Source: Candidatus Zixiibacteriota bacterium (lineage in GTDB: Bacteria; Zixibacteria; MSB-5A5; GN15; JAAZOE01). From it: a stretch of DNA of 64,000 nt. The stretch is from the NCBI GenBank assembly GCA_043819555.1, contig JBDREQ010000076.1:1-64000 (forward strand), read 5' to 3'. Positions 18,455 to 28,513 of the stretch are shown here, piece after piece; positions within the stretch are counted from its first letter, which is position 1, and the number at the start of each line of letters is the position of its first letter. Both the position numbers and the translations under genes were made by a program. Under the pieces are notes generated by a model. That model was not told where the DNA came from, did no database searches, and saw nothing but the letters and a program-made list of their open reading frames with translations.

Positions 18455-20146
18455 ATGAAAAGAATTGCACAATTACTGTTATGTATTTCATTGCTGGCCA
18501 TTGTGTTGGTTGGGTGCCAGGATGATTCCGGCATCGTTGAGCCAAGCAGTGAGCTAACAATTTCGCTGGCCGCGGCAAAGGTCACGATTCCGGCCGGATC
18601 GACTTTTGAGTCAGCCATGCTGTATGTATATGTAGATTATCCAATTAATGGTCAAGCTACCTATGTGCACCGGGTAACCGGCCCCTGGGAAGAAACCGTT
18701 GTAACCTGGAACAACTTTGGTGAAGCATATGATGCCACCGTTATTGGTTCCTTTACCGCTACGGTTCCGGGATGGTACTCCGTTGATGTAACCGCAGTAG
18801 TTGGCGGATGGATGAATGATACTTATGAAAATCTTGGCCTGTTGTTAAAGCAGGATCAGACAGACTTAGTCAGATTGGGAATTTATAGCAGAGAAAACGC
18901 GGTTAATCACCCCTATCTTGATATTTGTTATTCTTCAGGCAGTTCCACGATGTGCGAAACATCCGAGGTCATTGGAGATTCACACATTTGGGAAATTTTC
19001 CCCGATGAGAATAACGGCACTGATACTGAAATTCTAACGGGATGGGTTTCCGGAAAAGAAAAGCTGGGACTCCTGGCCTTTGACGCTCCTGAAATACAAC
19101 AGAAGGCTTCCTTGGGCGACTATGTCTGGCTCGATGAAAACAATAACGGTATCCAGGATGAAGGCGAAATGGGGATGGAAGGAGTCGTTGTTCATCTGAT
19201 GGATTGTTTTGGAAATATGCTGGCCCAAACTATGACTGACGCTGATGGATATTACCTCTTTACCGATCTTCAGCCGGGCGATTACAGCGTGCATTTCGTA
19301 GTCCCCGAAGGTTATACATTTAGCCCGATGGATCAGGGTATGGATGATGCTATGGACAGTGACGCCGATCCGAGTACGGGAATGACTGGATGCTATACTC
19401 TTGTTGCCGGCGAAATTAATCTTACAGTTGATGCCGGTCTCATGCCGGTTATGGATGAGTGTGCCGAATGTGACGGTAAGATTACCAGTCTGACTTTGGA
19501 GTATCAAGGCGCTTCCGAAGCTATGATTGAAGTGCTTGCCAAAGGCAAGAAGGGCACCCCCGGTGAAGTATTGTTCTCAGGAATGGTACTCCATGGCAGC
19601 AGCTTCGATGTCAATGGATACGACAAGAACGGTACTGTTGGCACAGAGATCAGTATTCTTGTGAATGGTTCAGTGAATACTAAAATCCATACAAGTTGTT
19701 CGCAGCCTATATATATTGGTATGGTCAGCGGTGATTTTGAGATCCTGGATGGCTACAGCCGCTTTGGCGGACGTCTGTGCATGGATGACGGCGGCAACGG
19801 CAACGGAGATGATTGCTCCGATTGTGATGGTAAAATTACGGAATTGACTCTGGGGTATATGGGCGCTTCCGAGGCTACAGTTGAGGTGTATGCCAAAGGC
19901 AGGAAGGGCACCCTCGGTACAGTATTGTTCTCAGAACAGGTACTGCCGGGTGGCAGCTTCAGTTTTGTCGGATATGATAAGGACGGTACCATGGGCACAG
20001 AGATCAGCATTTTTGTTGATGGTTCATTGAATACAAAGATTCACACAAGTTGTTCACAGCCGATTTATATAGGAATGGTCAGCGGTGATTTTGAGATTCT
20101 GGATGGCTATAGCAAGGACGGCGGCCAGCTTTGTCCGATGCAATGA
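18455..20146 (+). CDS. Lipoprotein: DNRLRE-like domain, SdrD B-like domain and two Cys-rich repeats
   Basis: Lipobox LVGC; WEETVVTWNN; SLGDYVWLDENNNGIQD...DSDAD; 2x CDGKIT...HTSCSQP. Confidence 0.8.
   Translation: MKRIAQLLLCISLLAIVLVGCQDDSGIVEPSSELTISLAAAKVTIPAGSTFESAMLYVYVDYPINGQATYVHRVTGPWEETVVTWNNFGEAYDATVIGSFTATVPGWYSVDVTAVVGGWMNDTYENLGLLLKQDQTDLVRLGIYSRENAVNHPYLDICYSSGSSTMCETSEVIGDSHIWEIFPDENNGTDTEILTGWVSGKEKLGLLAFDAPEIQQKASLGDYVWLDENNNGIQDEGEMGMEGVVVHLMDCFGNMLAQTMTDADGYYLFTDLQPGDYSVHFVVPEGYTFSPMDQGMDDAMDSDADPSTGMTGCYTLVAGEINLTVDAGLMPVMDECAECDGKITSLTLEYQGASEAMIEVLAKGKKGTPGEVLFSGMVLHGSSFDVNGYDKNGTVGTEISILVNGSVNTKIHTSCSQPIYIGMVSGDFEILDGYSRFGGRLCMDDGGNGNGDDCSDCDGKITELTLGYMGASEATVEVYAKGRKGTLGTVLFSEQVLPGGSFSFVGYDKDGTMGTEISIFVDGSLNTKIHTSCSQPIYIGMVSGDFEILDGYSKDGGQLCPMQ
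19454..20140 (+). repeat. Intragenic tandem duplication, 354-nt period
   Basis: Units start near 19454 and 19808 and share near-identical DNA, e.g. ATGGTCAGCGGTGATTTTGAGAT. Confidence 0.9.
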
Positions 20147-20183
20147 TATAGTTGTGAAAACTAAGCTCTAATTTGAGAGCAAT

Positions 20184-20217
20184 AAAGCCTGTCGGTATCA
20201 TCCGGTGGGCTTTTTTT
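20184..20217 (+). terminator. Intrinsic terminator
   Basis: AAAGCCTGTCGG-loop-CCGGTGGGCTTTTTTT. Confidence 0.8.
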
Positions 20218-20445
20218 ATTACAATTTGTGTTCAAAAATTGCACAGGTCGCAATTTATCCCATATATTTTTAATTTGCATTAGCAATACAGCCGAAATAT
20301 ATTAAGGTTGACTACAGTCAAGGCCCTTTATTACTGCGCTACTTACGATAAGAATACACAACGGTCTGAAGTAAACGCAACGTATAAACAATTGGTATTA
20401 AATGCGACACTTAAGTAGTAGATTATTAAGAAAGAGGTAATAATT

Positions 20446-21903
20446 ATGAAAATGTATGTGGGGATAGGTTTAATCTTTTGCCTGACAGTAATGCTAATTG
20501 CCGGGTGCTCAGATAAAAACTCAGAGGATAATAATATTGTAAATTCCCCTCTGATGACTTCCGAATTCGCCCTCTCGCCGGCAGATGCAGTCGTGGAATC
20601 AGCGCAATTACATATTTATGCCAGGATACCTTCCATGCAAACGGTTAATGTTCATCGCGTGACATCATCCTGGGATCATTTATCTGTTACGTGGAATAGC
20701 TTCGCGGGTGCTTTTGATCCTGAAGTAAAAGGAACTTTCGACGTCAATATGATGGGCTGGCAGATTGTTGATGTCACCGTTTTAGTCAGTGGCTGGTCAA
20801 CCGGCAAGTATGATAATTTCGGACTTCTTCTCGATCAGGAAATCGTTGAGAATTCATTGACGTTTTATTCCAGTTATCAGGATTCGGCCAATCAGCCTAT
20901 TCTGGTTATTTGTTACAACACCGGTTCCGCGGTATTTTGCGATACTCTGATGCCGATGATGGATACATATATTTTCCAGTCAGAACCTGATATGAATTAC
21001 GGCCTGGCCGAAAGTCTCCGTACCGGCTATATATCCGAAACCGAAGCCGAAATGCAAAGTCTGCTGTGGTTTGATATTGAGGTGATGGAACAGACTTCAT
21101 CCATCGGAGATTACGTCTGGTGGGATAAAAATATGAACGGTATTCAGGATACGTCAGAATTCGGCTTGGAAGATATTATGGTAAACTTGCTTGATTGCGA
21201 TAGCAATAATGTATTGGCTCAAACAATAACCGACACTTCCGGCTATTATTGCTTTATGGATTTAGATCCGGGCAATTACATCGTTCAGTTTATACTTCCC
21301 GACGGTCCTGTCTTTAGTCTGGCCAACCAGGGTATGGATGATGAACTCGATAGCGACGTGATGAAACCGGAAGTCGGCTGGACTGATTGTATCACTCTGG
21401 AAGAAGGTCAAATGAATAAATCAGTCGATGCGGGAGTTTATTTTGAAGAGGTTGATCCGGGTTGCACCTATTCCAAAGGGTATTGGAAAAACCATGCGGG
21501 ATTTGGCCCTCAGGATGATGTCCTGACGCAACATCTGCCAATCTGGCTCGGCGATGACGATGGTGACAAGAGCTTTGCCGTTACAACTGATACTATCGCG
21601 GTTGATCTTCTGACTCAGCACACTTACGGACACCCCAGCAACGGTATTACCAAATTATATGCTCAGCTTTTGGCGGCCAAATTGAATATTGCCAACGGCG
21701 CTGATGATACTGATATCGACGATATCATATCCGATGCCGATGAATTTCTCGCTATGTATGATTGGAACGACTGGGGTGATTTATCCAAAGAAGACCAGCA
21801 AATGGTCAATGGCTGGAAATCCACTCTCGATGATTACAACAATGGCCATATCGGCCCCGGCCATTGCGACTGGACACCTGATCTGGTCTTGTACAGCAAT
21901 TAG
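20446..21903 (+). CDS. Lipoprotein paralog: DNRLRE-like domain, SdrD B-like domain and a different C-terminal domain (GYWKNH type)
   Basis: Lipobox IAGC; VHRVTSSW..VTWN; SIGDYVWWDKNMNGIQD; YSKGYWKNH...QLLAAKLN. Confidence 0.8.
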   Translation: MKMYVGIGLIFCLTVMLIAGCSDKNSEDNNIVNSPLMTSEFALSPADAVVESAQLHIYARIPSMQTVNVHRVTSSWDHLSVTWNSFAGAFDPEVKGTFDVNMMGWQIVDVTVLVSGWSTGKYDNFGLLLDQEIVENSLTFYSSYQDSANQPILVICYNTGSAVFCDTLMPMMDTYIFQSEPDMNYGLAESLRTGYISETEAEMQSLLWFDIEVMEQTSSIGDYVWWDKNMNGIQDTSEFGLEDIMVNLLDCDSNNVLAQTITDTSGYYCFMDLDPGNYIVQFILPDGPVFSLANQGMDDELDSDVMKPEVGWTDCITLEEGQMNKSVDAGVYFEEVDPGCTYSKGYWKNHAGFGPQDDVLTQHLPIWLGDDDGDKSFAVTTDTIAVDLLTQHTYGHPSNGITKLYAQLLAAKLNIANGADDTDIDDIISDADEFLAMYDWNDWGDLSKEDQQMVNGWKSTLDDYNNGHIGPGHCDWTPDLVLYSN

Positions 21904-21925
21904 AAAATTAGAATTTTGCACAAAT

Positions 21926-21956
21926 AACCCATGGATGATTTTTCATTCATGGGTTT
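21926..21956 (+). terminator. Probable terminator
   Basis: AACCCATGGATGA-ttt-TCATTCATGGGTTT-type inverted repeat after the stop. Confidence 0.65.
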
Positions 21957-22099
21957 AGTTTAAACACTTGAGATAATTCTAAAACGCAACTCCGCCTAAT
22001 AGTATACTGAAATGCATATAACTATAATTAATGTTATGATAAGAGGTTTTGCCAAACCCCAGATATCCTCCAGCCTGCCAATGGCGGGCTTACGATATT

Positions 22100-22885
22100 C
22101 TATCTCTCTTCGGCTCTTTCTCCTAAAATCTCTTTTGGGTAATCAATTGATGATAGTCGCTCCATCTTGCCGGCCTTTTGAGACATCAGGCCAATCAAGA
22201 AACCTTTGGAATCGACCACCGGAGAACCGCTCAATCCCGGCATGGTATTATCTGATAATTCTTTTGTGGTTAAAAGAACGGAACCGTCCTCGGCCCGCAC
22301 GAAATTGCCCTCATAAATTACCTGCGGACAATCTTTATCGGTATATCTCCAGCCAATTATATATACTGGTTCGCCTTCTTGCATCGCGCCGGTTCGAAAT
22401 TTAAGGGGCTGAATGCTATTTGATTTCTCCTTAATATCAAACAACAGCCAGTCTTTTGCCGGAGGCACTTGCTGTCCCAGAAGTTCGTCTGGGTTTGCAT
22501 TTATTAATTTATCCAGTATCACAACATCATTGGGATTGTCTTTTGGAAACATCTTCCAGAGTTTCAAAGTATTATTAAAATCAACAGCCTTCATACTCTC
22601 CGATTTGAAGTAAATCAAAATGTGTTTGGCCGTAGCCGCGAGAATCTCATCGCCGGTATCCAACAAAAAACCGCATCCGGCAATAGGGTGGTTTTTATCG
22701 GTGTAATCAATCTGATTAATCATCGTGATTTGCGGCCATTCACTTTGGGGCTTTTTCATCCACTGACCGTACACATCCGATTTCTCTTCGCCGCCCAGAC
22801 ATGGCGCGGTGGAAAAACAGAATATTAGAACCGATAAACTTGAAATGATAGAAATAGATTTAAATAAATTTCGTTTTGTTAGCAT
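22100..22885 (-). CDS. Exported trypsin-like serine protease
   Basis: Signal peptide; TAKH, DWLL, GLSGSP triad motifs. Confidence 0.75.
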   Translation of the reverse strand: MLTKRNLFKSISIISSLSVLIFCFSTAPCLGGEEKSDVYGQWMKKPQSEWPQITMINQIDYTDKNHPIAGCGFLLDTGDEILAATAKHILIYFKSESMKAVDFNNTLKLWKMFPKDNPNDVVILDKLINANPDELLGQQVPPAKDWLLFDIKEKSNSIQPLKFRTGAMQEGEPVYIIGWRYTDKDCPQVIYEGNFVRAEDGSVLLTTKELSDNTMPGLSGSPVVDSKGFLIGLMSQKAGKMERLSSIDYPKEILGERAEER

Positions 22886-22956
22886 TAAGCCCTCCTTGTG
22901 TTTGGTATATATTTATACCGCAAACTCAAAGAGATATTCAATACAAACATGCAAAG

Positions 22957-22991
22957 CGTCATTGCGAGCGAGTGAAATGAGCGTGGCAATC
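22957..22991. repeat. Short palindromic REP/RPE-like element
   Basis: CGTCATTGCGAGCG...CGTGGCAATC with ATTGC/GCAAT stem; widespread GTCATTGCGAG...GCAATC repeat type. Confidence 0.65.
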
Positions 22992-23191
22992 TGTGGGTTG
23001 GAGTTATCCACAATCGCAAATTCAAAGATTCCTTATACTTAAATACGCCAATAAGAGTTACAGAGAATTGGGTTCGTTTTGTCGTTTTTTGTTTTTCGCG
23101 TTTCACATCATCAAATTTTCAACAAACGCCATTTGCCTTCAATAGATGTGGATTTTCAGAAATAACTGAAGAACTGAGGAATTATTGCAGG

Positions 23192-23254
23192 CGCTCTATG
23201 CGGGAACCCACCTCAAAAAAACGCTTCGCTTATTTTTAAAGTGGGCCACCGGTC
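23192..23254 (-). repeat. 63-bp palindromic REP/MITE-like repeat, copy 1
   Basis: 56/63 identical by hand alignment to the reverse complement of 62796-62858; CCCAC..AAAAA/TTTTT..GTGGG hairpin. Confidence 0.9.
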
Positions 23255-23288
23255 AATGGATTACGGCGATTAAGTCTACGGCAATCTA

Positions 23289-23756
23289 TTAGACATTTGG
23301 TTTTTTACTTGCATAACCAGATCCAGCCCAAAAGCCAAATATCGCTCCGGCAGCCGCAGTTATAATTGGGATACCTATTTCGGTCTTATCATAGATTACC
23401 AAAATGGAACCAAATGCGAGCATAAGAAACATTATAACAATTAAGATTGTTGTAATAATGAAATCGCGGCTCGCAGATGCAGATACCATCTTATATAAAT
23501 CATCATCGCTTTTAGACCCCCTTGCAGTAATACTTAAACTATCCTCGAGTGCGTCGGAGGATAACTGCTTTACTACCGATCCAATCTCTTTCACGACAGC
23601 AGGATCTGGTTCCTTTTGCATAGATATTGACTGGAATTGGGACAATGCTTGATACAATACGGAACCGGTTGCCATTGGCATAGATGGCGTAAATTGTGGA
23701 GTCTGTCCCCCTTTTGATAATTGATCAGGTACTTTTTTATCTCCGTTCTTTTCCAT
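23289..23756 (-). CDS. Hypothetical protein with two C-terminal TM helices (DUF2335-like architecture)
   Basis: Strong GGAGG RBS; hydrophilic N-terminus followed by 2 TM. Confidence 0.65.
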   Translation of the reverse strand: MEKNGDKKVPDQLSKGGQTPQFTPSMPMATGSVLYQALSQFQSISMQKEPDPAVVKEIGSVVKQLSSDALEDSLSITARGSKSDDDLYKMVSASASRDFIITTILIVIMFLMLAFGSILVIYDKTEIGIPIITAAAGAIFGFWAGSGYASKKPNV

Positions 23757-23780
23757 GACGCCCCTCCAAGAGGTTTGAGT

Positions 23781-24023
23781 TTATTTTTCTCGCGGTTTTC
23801 TCTTATAAAAAGTGAATACAAATGCTCCACAAATTAACGTTGGTATTGCAGCCTCAATTAGGAAAGTTTCTATTACAACCTTGCCGGAACCGAGGAAAAA
23901 CTTATGACCTCTGGGTATTGGCCTGAATGTGATTCCGGGAGCTGCCTTATAGGGAAACAATAGTAATAAAGATATTGAAATCGCCCAAATCCAAACCACT
24001 ATCTTTTGCTTACGGTTTAGCAT
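23781..24023 (-). CDS. Small hypothetical membrane protein
   Basis: GGAGG RBS; 2 hydrophobic segments; 80 aa. Confidence 0.6.
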   Translation of the reverse strand: MLNRKQKIVVWIWAISISLLLLFPYKAAPGITFRPIPRGHKFFLGSGKVVIETFLIEAAIPTLICGAFVFTFYKRKPREK

Positions 24024-24226
24024 AACGCCCCTCCAAAAGCTTAAGAGTAAATGTAATTTAAATTAAATAAAATGGATACATGAATCCAAGCAAAAACCAT
24101 CTATAATGTATCGATTGAATCAGGTACTAATGGCAAAAATTGCCACACGCTTTATGGCAAAATAATATGTAAGCTAATTGATTATTTTATATTAATTCTG
24201 TATCTTTATGTGGTACAATGATTTAA

Positions 24227-24308
24227 TGCGGAAGGGGGGATTTGAACCCCCACAGGTTTCCCCGCCACCCCCTCAAGATGGTGCGTCTACCGATTCCGCC
24301 ACTTCCGC
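24227..24308 (-). tRNA. tRNA-Leu(GAG)
   Basis: GCGGAAGTGGCGGAATCGGTAGACGC-ACCATC-TT GAG GG-GGTGG...GGTTCAAATCC-CCCCTTCCGCA; long variable arm; CCA not encoded; follows secG. Confidence 0.96.
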
Positions 24309-24325
24309 ATTAGAATAATCTTATT

Positions 24326-24745
24326 TTACTGGGAATCAGGTACCGGATCATCCGTAGCGGGAATATTGAAAATATTGTCGGCCGCTTCGCCCTGCTGCTG
24401 CGCTCCCTGCGTCGCCTGCTGCTGTGCTGCCGCTTCCTGCTGTCGCTGCATATCTTCCTGAGCCTCGCGGGTTATGGCTGAATCTCCGGGGAGAACCGCC
24501 GTAGAACCGCCGCGCCCGGCTGACATCAACGACAATCCCAGGCATGATATCATAAAAAATACCGCCAGAAACGTCGTCGCCTTGGATAAGAACGAAGCCG
24601 CACCGCGACCACCGAAAACTGCTCCCGACAAAGCGCCACCGCCGAACGCGCCGGCTAAACCTTCGCCCTTGGACGACTGCATCAAAACCACGATAACAAG
24701 CAGAACGCAGATTATCACATGAATCACAATAAATAATGCGAACAC
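24326..24745 (-). CDS. secG: Preprotein translocase subunit SecG
   Basis: VLMQSSKGEGLAGAFGG, LSKAT; tpiA-secG-tRNA-Leu synteny. Confidence 0.93.
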   Translation of the reverse strand: MFALFIVIHVIICVLLVIVVLMQSSKGEGLAGAFGGGALSGAVFGGRGAASFLSKATTFLAVFFMISCLGLSLMSAGRGGSTAVLPGDSAITREAQEDMQRQQEAAAQQQATQGAQQQGEAADNIFNIPATDDPVPDSQ

Positions 24746-24760
24746 AGTAAATACCTCCAG

Positions 24761-25519
24761 TTATTTCATCATCGCCTTGACAATCGCCGCGAATTCATCC
24801 GCTTTCAAACTGGCTCCGCCAATCAGCGCACCATCAATATTATCTTTGGCAAATAATCCTTCGGCGTTCGATGATTTTACCGATCCGCCGTACAGAATCG
24901 ACACCTCTTCAGCAATCGTCTTATCAAATCTATCGGCCAGAAGCTTACGGATATAAACGTGAACCTCTTCGGCCTGTTCCGGCGACGCCGTCTTGCCGGT
25001 TCCGATAGCCCAAACCGGTTCATACGCAATCACCGCTTTATGCAAATCCTTTTCAGAAAAAGAATCGAGCGAGCCGTAAATCTGCTCCTCGATTACATTT
25101 TCCATTTTCCCCGCTTCTCTTTGTTCCAGAGTTTCCCCGACGCAAACAATCGGAATCAGTCCCGCTTCCAAAGCCTTTTTGGCCTTGGTATTAACCGCTT
25201 TATCCGTCTCCGCAAACAGGATCCGTCTCTCAGAGTGGCCCAATATAACATAGGTGCATCCGCTTGTCAACAGCATTTCAGCCGATATCTCGCCGGTATA
25301 AGCCCCCGAATCGGCCTCGCTCATGTTTTGTCCGCCAATTTGTATGTCGCTGTCTTTGAGGGACATAGAAACTTCAGTTAAAGCAGTAAATGCAGGGCAA
25401 ACGAGAACAATCGGATCTTTAGTCGAACCGACCTCTTTTTTGATACCATCGGCCAGTGCTTTGGCTTCGACGATGGTTTTATTCATTTTCCAGTTACCGG
25501 CAATTATATTCTGTCTCAC
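24761..25519 (-). CDS. tpiA: Triosephosphate isomerase
   Basis: AGNWKMN, GHSERR, AYEPVWAIGTG, YGGSV. Confidence 0.98.
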   Translation of the reverse strand: MRQNIIAGNWKMNKTIVEAKALADGIKKEVGSTKDPIVLVCPAFTALTEVSMSLKDSDIQIGGQNMSEADSGAYTGEISAEMLLTSGCTYVILGHSERRILFAETDKAVNTKAKKALEAGLIPIVCVGETLEQREAGKMENVIEEQIYGSLDSFSEKDLHKAVIAYEPVWAIGTGKTASPEQAEEVHVYIRKLLADRFDKTIAEEVSILYGGSVKSSNAEGLFAKDNIDGALIGGASLKADEFAAIVKAMMK

Positions 25520-25537
25520 GTCATACTCCTTTTATAC

Positions 25538-26737
25538 TCAGTCGGCGTCAGTCAGAGCGGCTATTCCGGGCAGGGATTTGCCCTCCAGAAATTCCAGCGA
25601 AGCCCCGCCCCCGGTCGATATATGCGAAATCCTGTCTTTAACGCCAGCCTTAATCGCGGCAGCTGATGAGTCGCCTCCCCCGATTATGGATATGGCCCCA
25701 TTATCGGTTGCCTGCGCCAATTGTCCGGCAAGTCCGATAGTACCCAAAGAAAACTTCTCAATTTCAAATACACCCATGGGACCGTTCCATACAATTGTTT
25801 TGGATGATGCGATAACCTCGGAAAACTTTTTCAAAGTATCCGGTCCAATATCGAATCCTTTTTGATCGGCCGGTATATCATCGACGCTGACGATCATCAC
25901 ATCGGCATCTTCGGCCAATTCATCGGCAACGACACAATCGCTGGGGATTAAAAAATTCACCGAACTGTTTTCGGCTTTTTCTAAAATGCTTTTGGCCAAA
26001 TCAAGTTTGTCTTCTTCAAGCAATGAACCGCCAATTTCTTTCCCCATTGCTTTGAGAAAAGTAAACATCATTCCACCGCCAATTAACAAATTGTCGACTT
26101 TATCAAAAAGATTATTGATAACATCGATTTTGCCTGATATCTTTGCTCCGCCGAGAATTGCGGTAAACGGTTTTGCCGGCGACGATAACGCCTGCCCGAG
26201 GTACTTCAGTTCCTTTTCAATCAAATATCCGGCCGCCGCCTTTTTGAAATATTTCGTAACACCCTCGGTCGAGGCATGCGCTCGATGCGCGGTTCCAAAA
26301 GCGTCGTTAACATACATGTCCGCCAGCCCGGCCAGTTTTTTGGCAAAATCGGAATCATTGTCAGTTTCTTCTTTATAATAACGGAGATTCTCCAAAAGAA
26401 GACATTGGCCATCCTGAAGAGATGATGCTTTTTGTTCAGCTTCGGTTCCAATGCAATCAGATGCGAATTTTACCGGCTTGCCAAGTAAATCGGCAAGATG
26501 CTCGGCAACCGGCCGCAGGCTCATTTCCGGAACGACCTTCCCTTTGGGGCGCCCCAGATGACTGCACAGGATAATCCGTCCGCCGTCGCCCAATATCTTT
26601 TTTATGGTGGGAAGGGAAGCGGCAATACGGGTATCATCCGTTATTTTCTGATTGGCATCCAGCGGAACATTGTAATCGACCCGGACGAGCACTTTTTTGC
26701 CCGAATAGTTTATATCCCTGATTGTCAGCTTATTCAT
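25538..26737 (-). CDS. pgk: Phosphoglycerate kinase
   Basis: RVDYNVP, SHLGRP, NDAFGTAHRAHAS, STGGGASLE; start MNKL. Confidence 0.98.
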   Translation of the reverse strand: MNKLTIRDINYSGKKVLVRVDYNVPLDANQKITDDTRIAASLPTIKKILGDGGRIILCSHLGRPKGKVVPEMSLRPVAEHLADLLGKPVKFASDCIGTEAEQKASSLQDGQCLLLENLRYYKEETDNDSDFAKKLAGLADMYVNDAFGTAHRAHASTEGVTKYFKKAAAGYLIEKELKYLGQALSSPAKPFTAILGGAKISGKIDVINNLFDKVDNLLIGGGMMFTFLKAMGKEIGGSLLEEDKLDLAKSILEKAENSSVNFLIPSDCVVADELAEDADVMIVSVDDIPADQKGFDIGPDTLKKFSEVIASSKTIVWNGPMGVFEIEKFSLGTIGLAGQLAQATDNGAISIIGGGDSSAAAIKAGVKDRISHISTGGGASLEFLEGKSLPGIAALTDAD

Positions 26738-26808
26738 AACCACCTCATATAAACCGCCTGGCGTATCAAACATCAGGGGGTTTTTTTATACTATTTCACG
26801 GAGGAAAA

Positions 26809-27804
26809 TCAACCCATCATGCGGGCAACCATCTCGACCATGCGATTGGAAAAACCCCATTCATTATCGTACCAGCTGAATACTTTGGCAAAATTGCCGG
26901 AGACCATAGTCATTGGCGCATCAAATACTGAAGAATGCGGATTTCCTGCTATGTCAATCGAGACTATTGGCACTTCCGTATATTCAAGAATACCTTTTAG
27001 CGGTCCATTGGCGGCTTTCTTGACCGCGGCATTAAGTTCTTCTTTGGTGGTTTCTTTTTTGAGAATAACGGCCAGATCCACAATAGAACCCGTCGGAGTT
27101 GGAACGCGGATGGCACAGCCGTCCATCTTACCTTTTAACTGCGGTAAAACCAGAGCGATTGCCTTGGCCGCTCCGGTCGTCGTCGGAATCATCGACAGCG
27201 CCGCAGATCGGGCGCGTCGCAGGTCTTTATGAGGCGCATCAAGCAAACGCTGGTCGCTGGTATAAGCATGCGTTGTGGTCATAAATCCTTTTTCAATCCC
27301 GAAATTATCCACCAATACTTTGCAAACGGGAGCGAGGCAATTTGTCGTGCATGACCCGATTGTAATGACATCATGATTTTTCGGGTTATAATCACCGTCA
27401 TTGACGCCCAGGATAAACGTGCCATCGATATCTTTGCCCGGGGCCGAAATTAATACTTTTTTGGCTCCGGCCGTAATATGCTTGGAAGCATCGGCCTTGC
27501 TCCTGAATAAACCGGTTGATTCAACGACAATATCCGCGCCTAATTTCCCCCACGGAAGTTTGGCCGGATCTCTCTCGGCGCTGAGAGGAATCTTCTTGCC
27601 GTCGACAATGATGATTCCCTCCTCGCTGGAAACGTTTCTTGCAAAAATTCCTTGCGATGAGTCATATTTCAAAAGATGCGCCATTGTTTCAGCGCTGGCA
27701 ATATCATTTATTCCCACGACATCAATGTCGTTATTATCGCAGGCGGCGCGAAATACCAAACGGCCGATCCTGCCAAATCCATTAATCCCTACCTTAACAG
27801 GCAT
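26809..27804 (-). CDS. gap: Type I glyceraldehyde-3-phosphate dehydrogenase
   Basis: GINGFGRIGR, SCTTNCLAP, WYDNEWG; start MPVK after GGAGG. Confidence 0.98.
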   Translation of the reverse strand: MPVKVGINGFGRIGRLVFRAACDNNDIDVVGINDIASAETMAHLLKYDSSQGIFARNVSSEEGIIIVDGKKIPLSAERDPAKLPWGKLGADIVVESTGLFRSKADASKHITAGAKKVLISAPGKDIDGTFILGVNDGDYNPKNHDVITIGSCTTNCLAPVCKVLVDNFGIEKGFMTTTHAYTSDQRLLDAPHKDLRRARSAALSMIPTTTGAAKAIALVLPQLKGKMDGCAIRVPTPTGSIVDLAVILKKETTKEELNAAVKKAANGPLKGILEYTEVPIVSIDIAGNPHSSVFDAPMTMVSGNFAKVFSWYDNEWGFSNRMVEMVARMMG

Positions 27805-27805
27805 A

Positions 27806-28513
27806 TTACCCTCCGTTTTTGAGTTCCTTACTCTTCTTGAAAAGGTGATATGAAAAACCAAAAGTAATTGAAATTCCCGTGTTATCCTTTACCCCGGCAA
27901 GTCCTTTTTTGAATTCAATTGAATAATATTTAGCCGAGAGATTAAGTCCAAATTGTTCAGATACCGCAAAATCCATGCCCCCGCCGAAAACGCCGACAAA
28001 ATCGGTTTCGGTGCGCTCAGCAAAGGCTGAGTTGTAATACTGATATTGAGATTGAATTATCTGGCTATTATGCCGTCCAAAGACAAAACCGGCACCGCCT
28101 AAAATATATGGATGATATACCCGGTTTCGACCCGAAAGCGGGGAGAACTTTAGCTGGACCATTACCGGATACATATTTATTGTACCGATGTATCTTTCAC
28201 CCAAATGCAATATTACCGCTTCTCCCCTGCTGGCGATTCCCATTGAAATTTCAGTCATTAATGTTCGGGCAAATCGATGGCAATAAAATATCTCAGTGAA
28301 AAAACCGGCATCGGGCAAATCAGCTTTAATGTTGGGATCATTGATTTCCACCTCACCACCCTGATCAACCCAGGTCCCGAGACGCGCTCCAATCATAGAA
28401 TATTCCGCCTCGAACCGTTTATCATGATCGTAAATTTCTTCCTGAGCCAATGATAAATTCGCGGAAAACGATAAGCTAAAGATCAGGAGAATTCCAAGAA
28501 TTCGATTATCCAA
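27806..28513 (-). CDS. Outer-membrane beta-barrel protein (OmpW/OmpA-like)
   Basis: Signal peptide; PYILGGAG; GGGMDF; terminal ITFGFSYHLF; TTG start overlapping the pfk stop. Confidence 0.75.
   Translation of the reverse strand: MDNRILGILLIFSLSFSANLSLAQEEIYDHDKRFEAEYSMIGARLGTWVDQGGEVEINDPNIKADLPDAGFFTEIFYCHRFARTLMTEISMGIASRGEAVILHLGERYIGTINMYPVMVQLKFSPLSGRNRVYHPYILGGAGFVFGRHNSQIIQSQYQYYNSAFAERTETDFVGVFGGGMDFAVSEQFGLNLSAKYYSIEFKKGLAGVKDNTGISITFGFSYHLFKKSKELKNGG

Noticed and set aside
22809..23106. ORFs 22809-23042 (+) and 22885-23106 (-)
   Set aside because: They run through the palindromic repeat and have no RBS or recognisable domain
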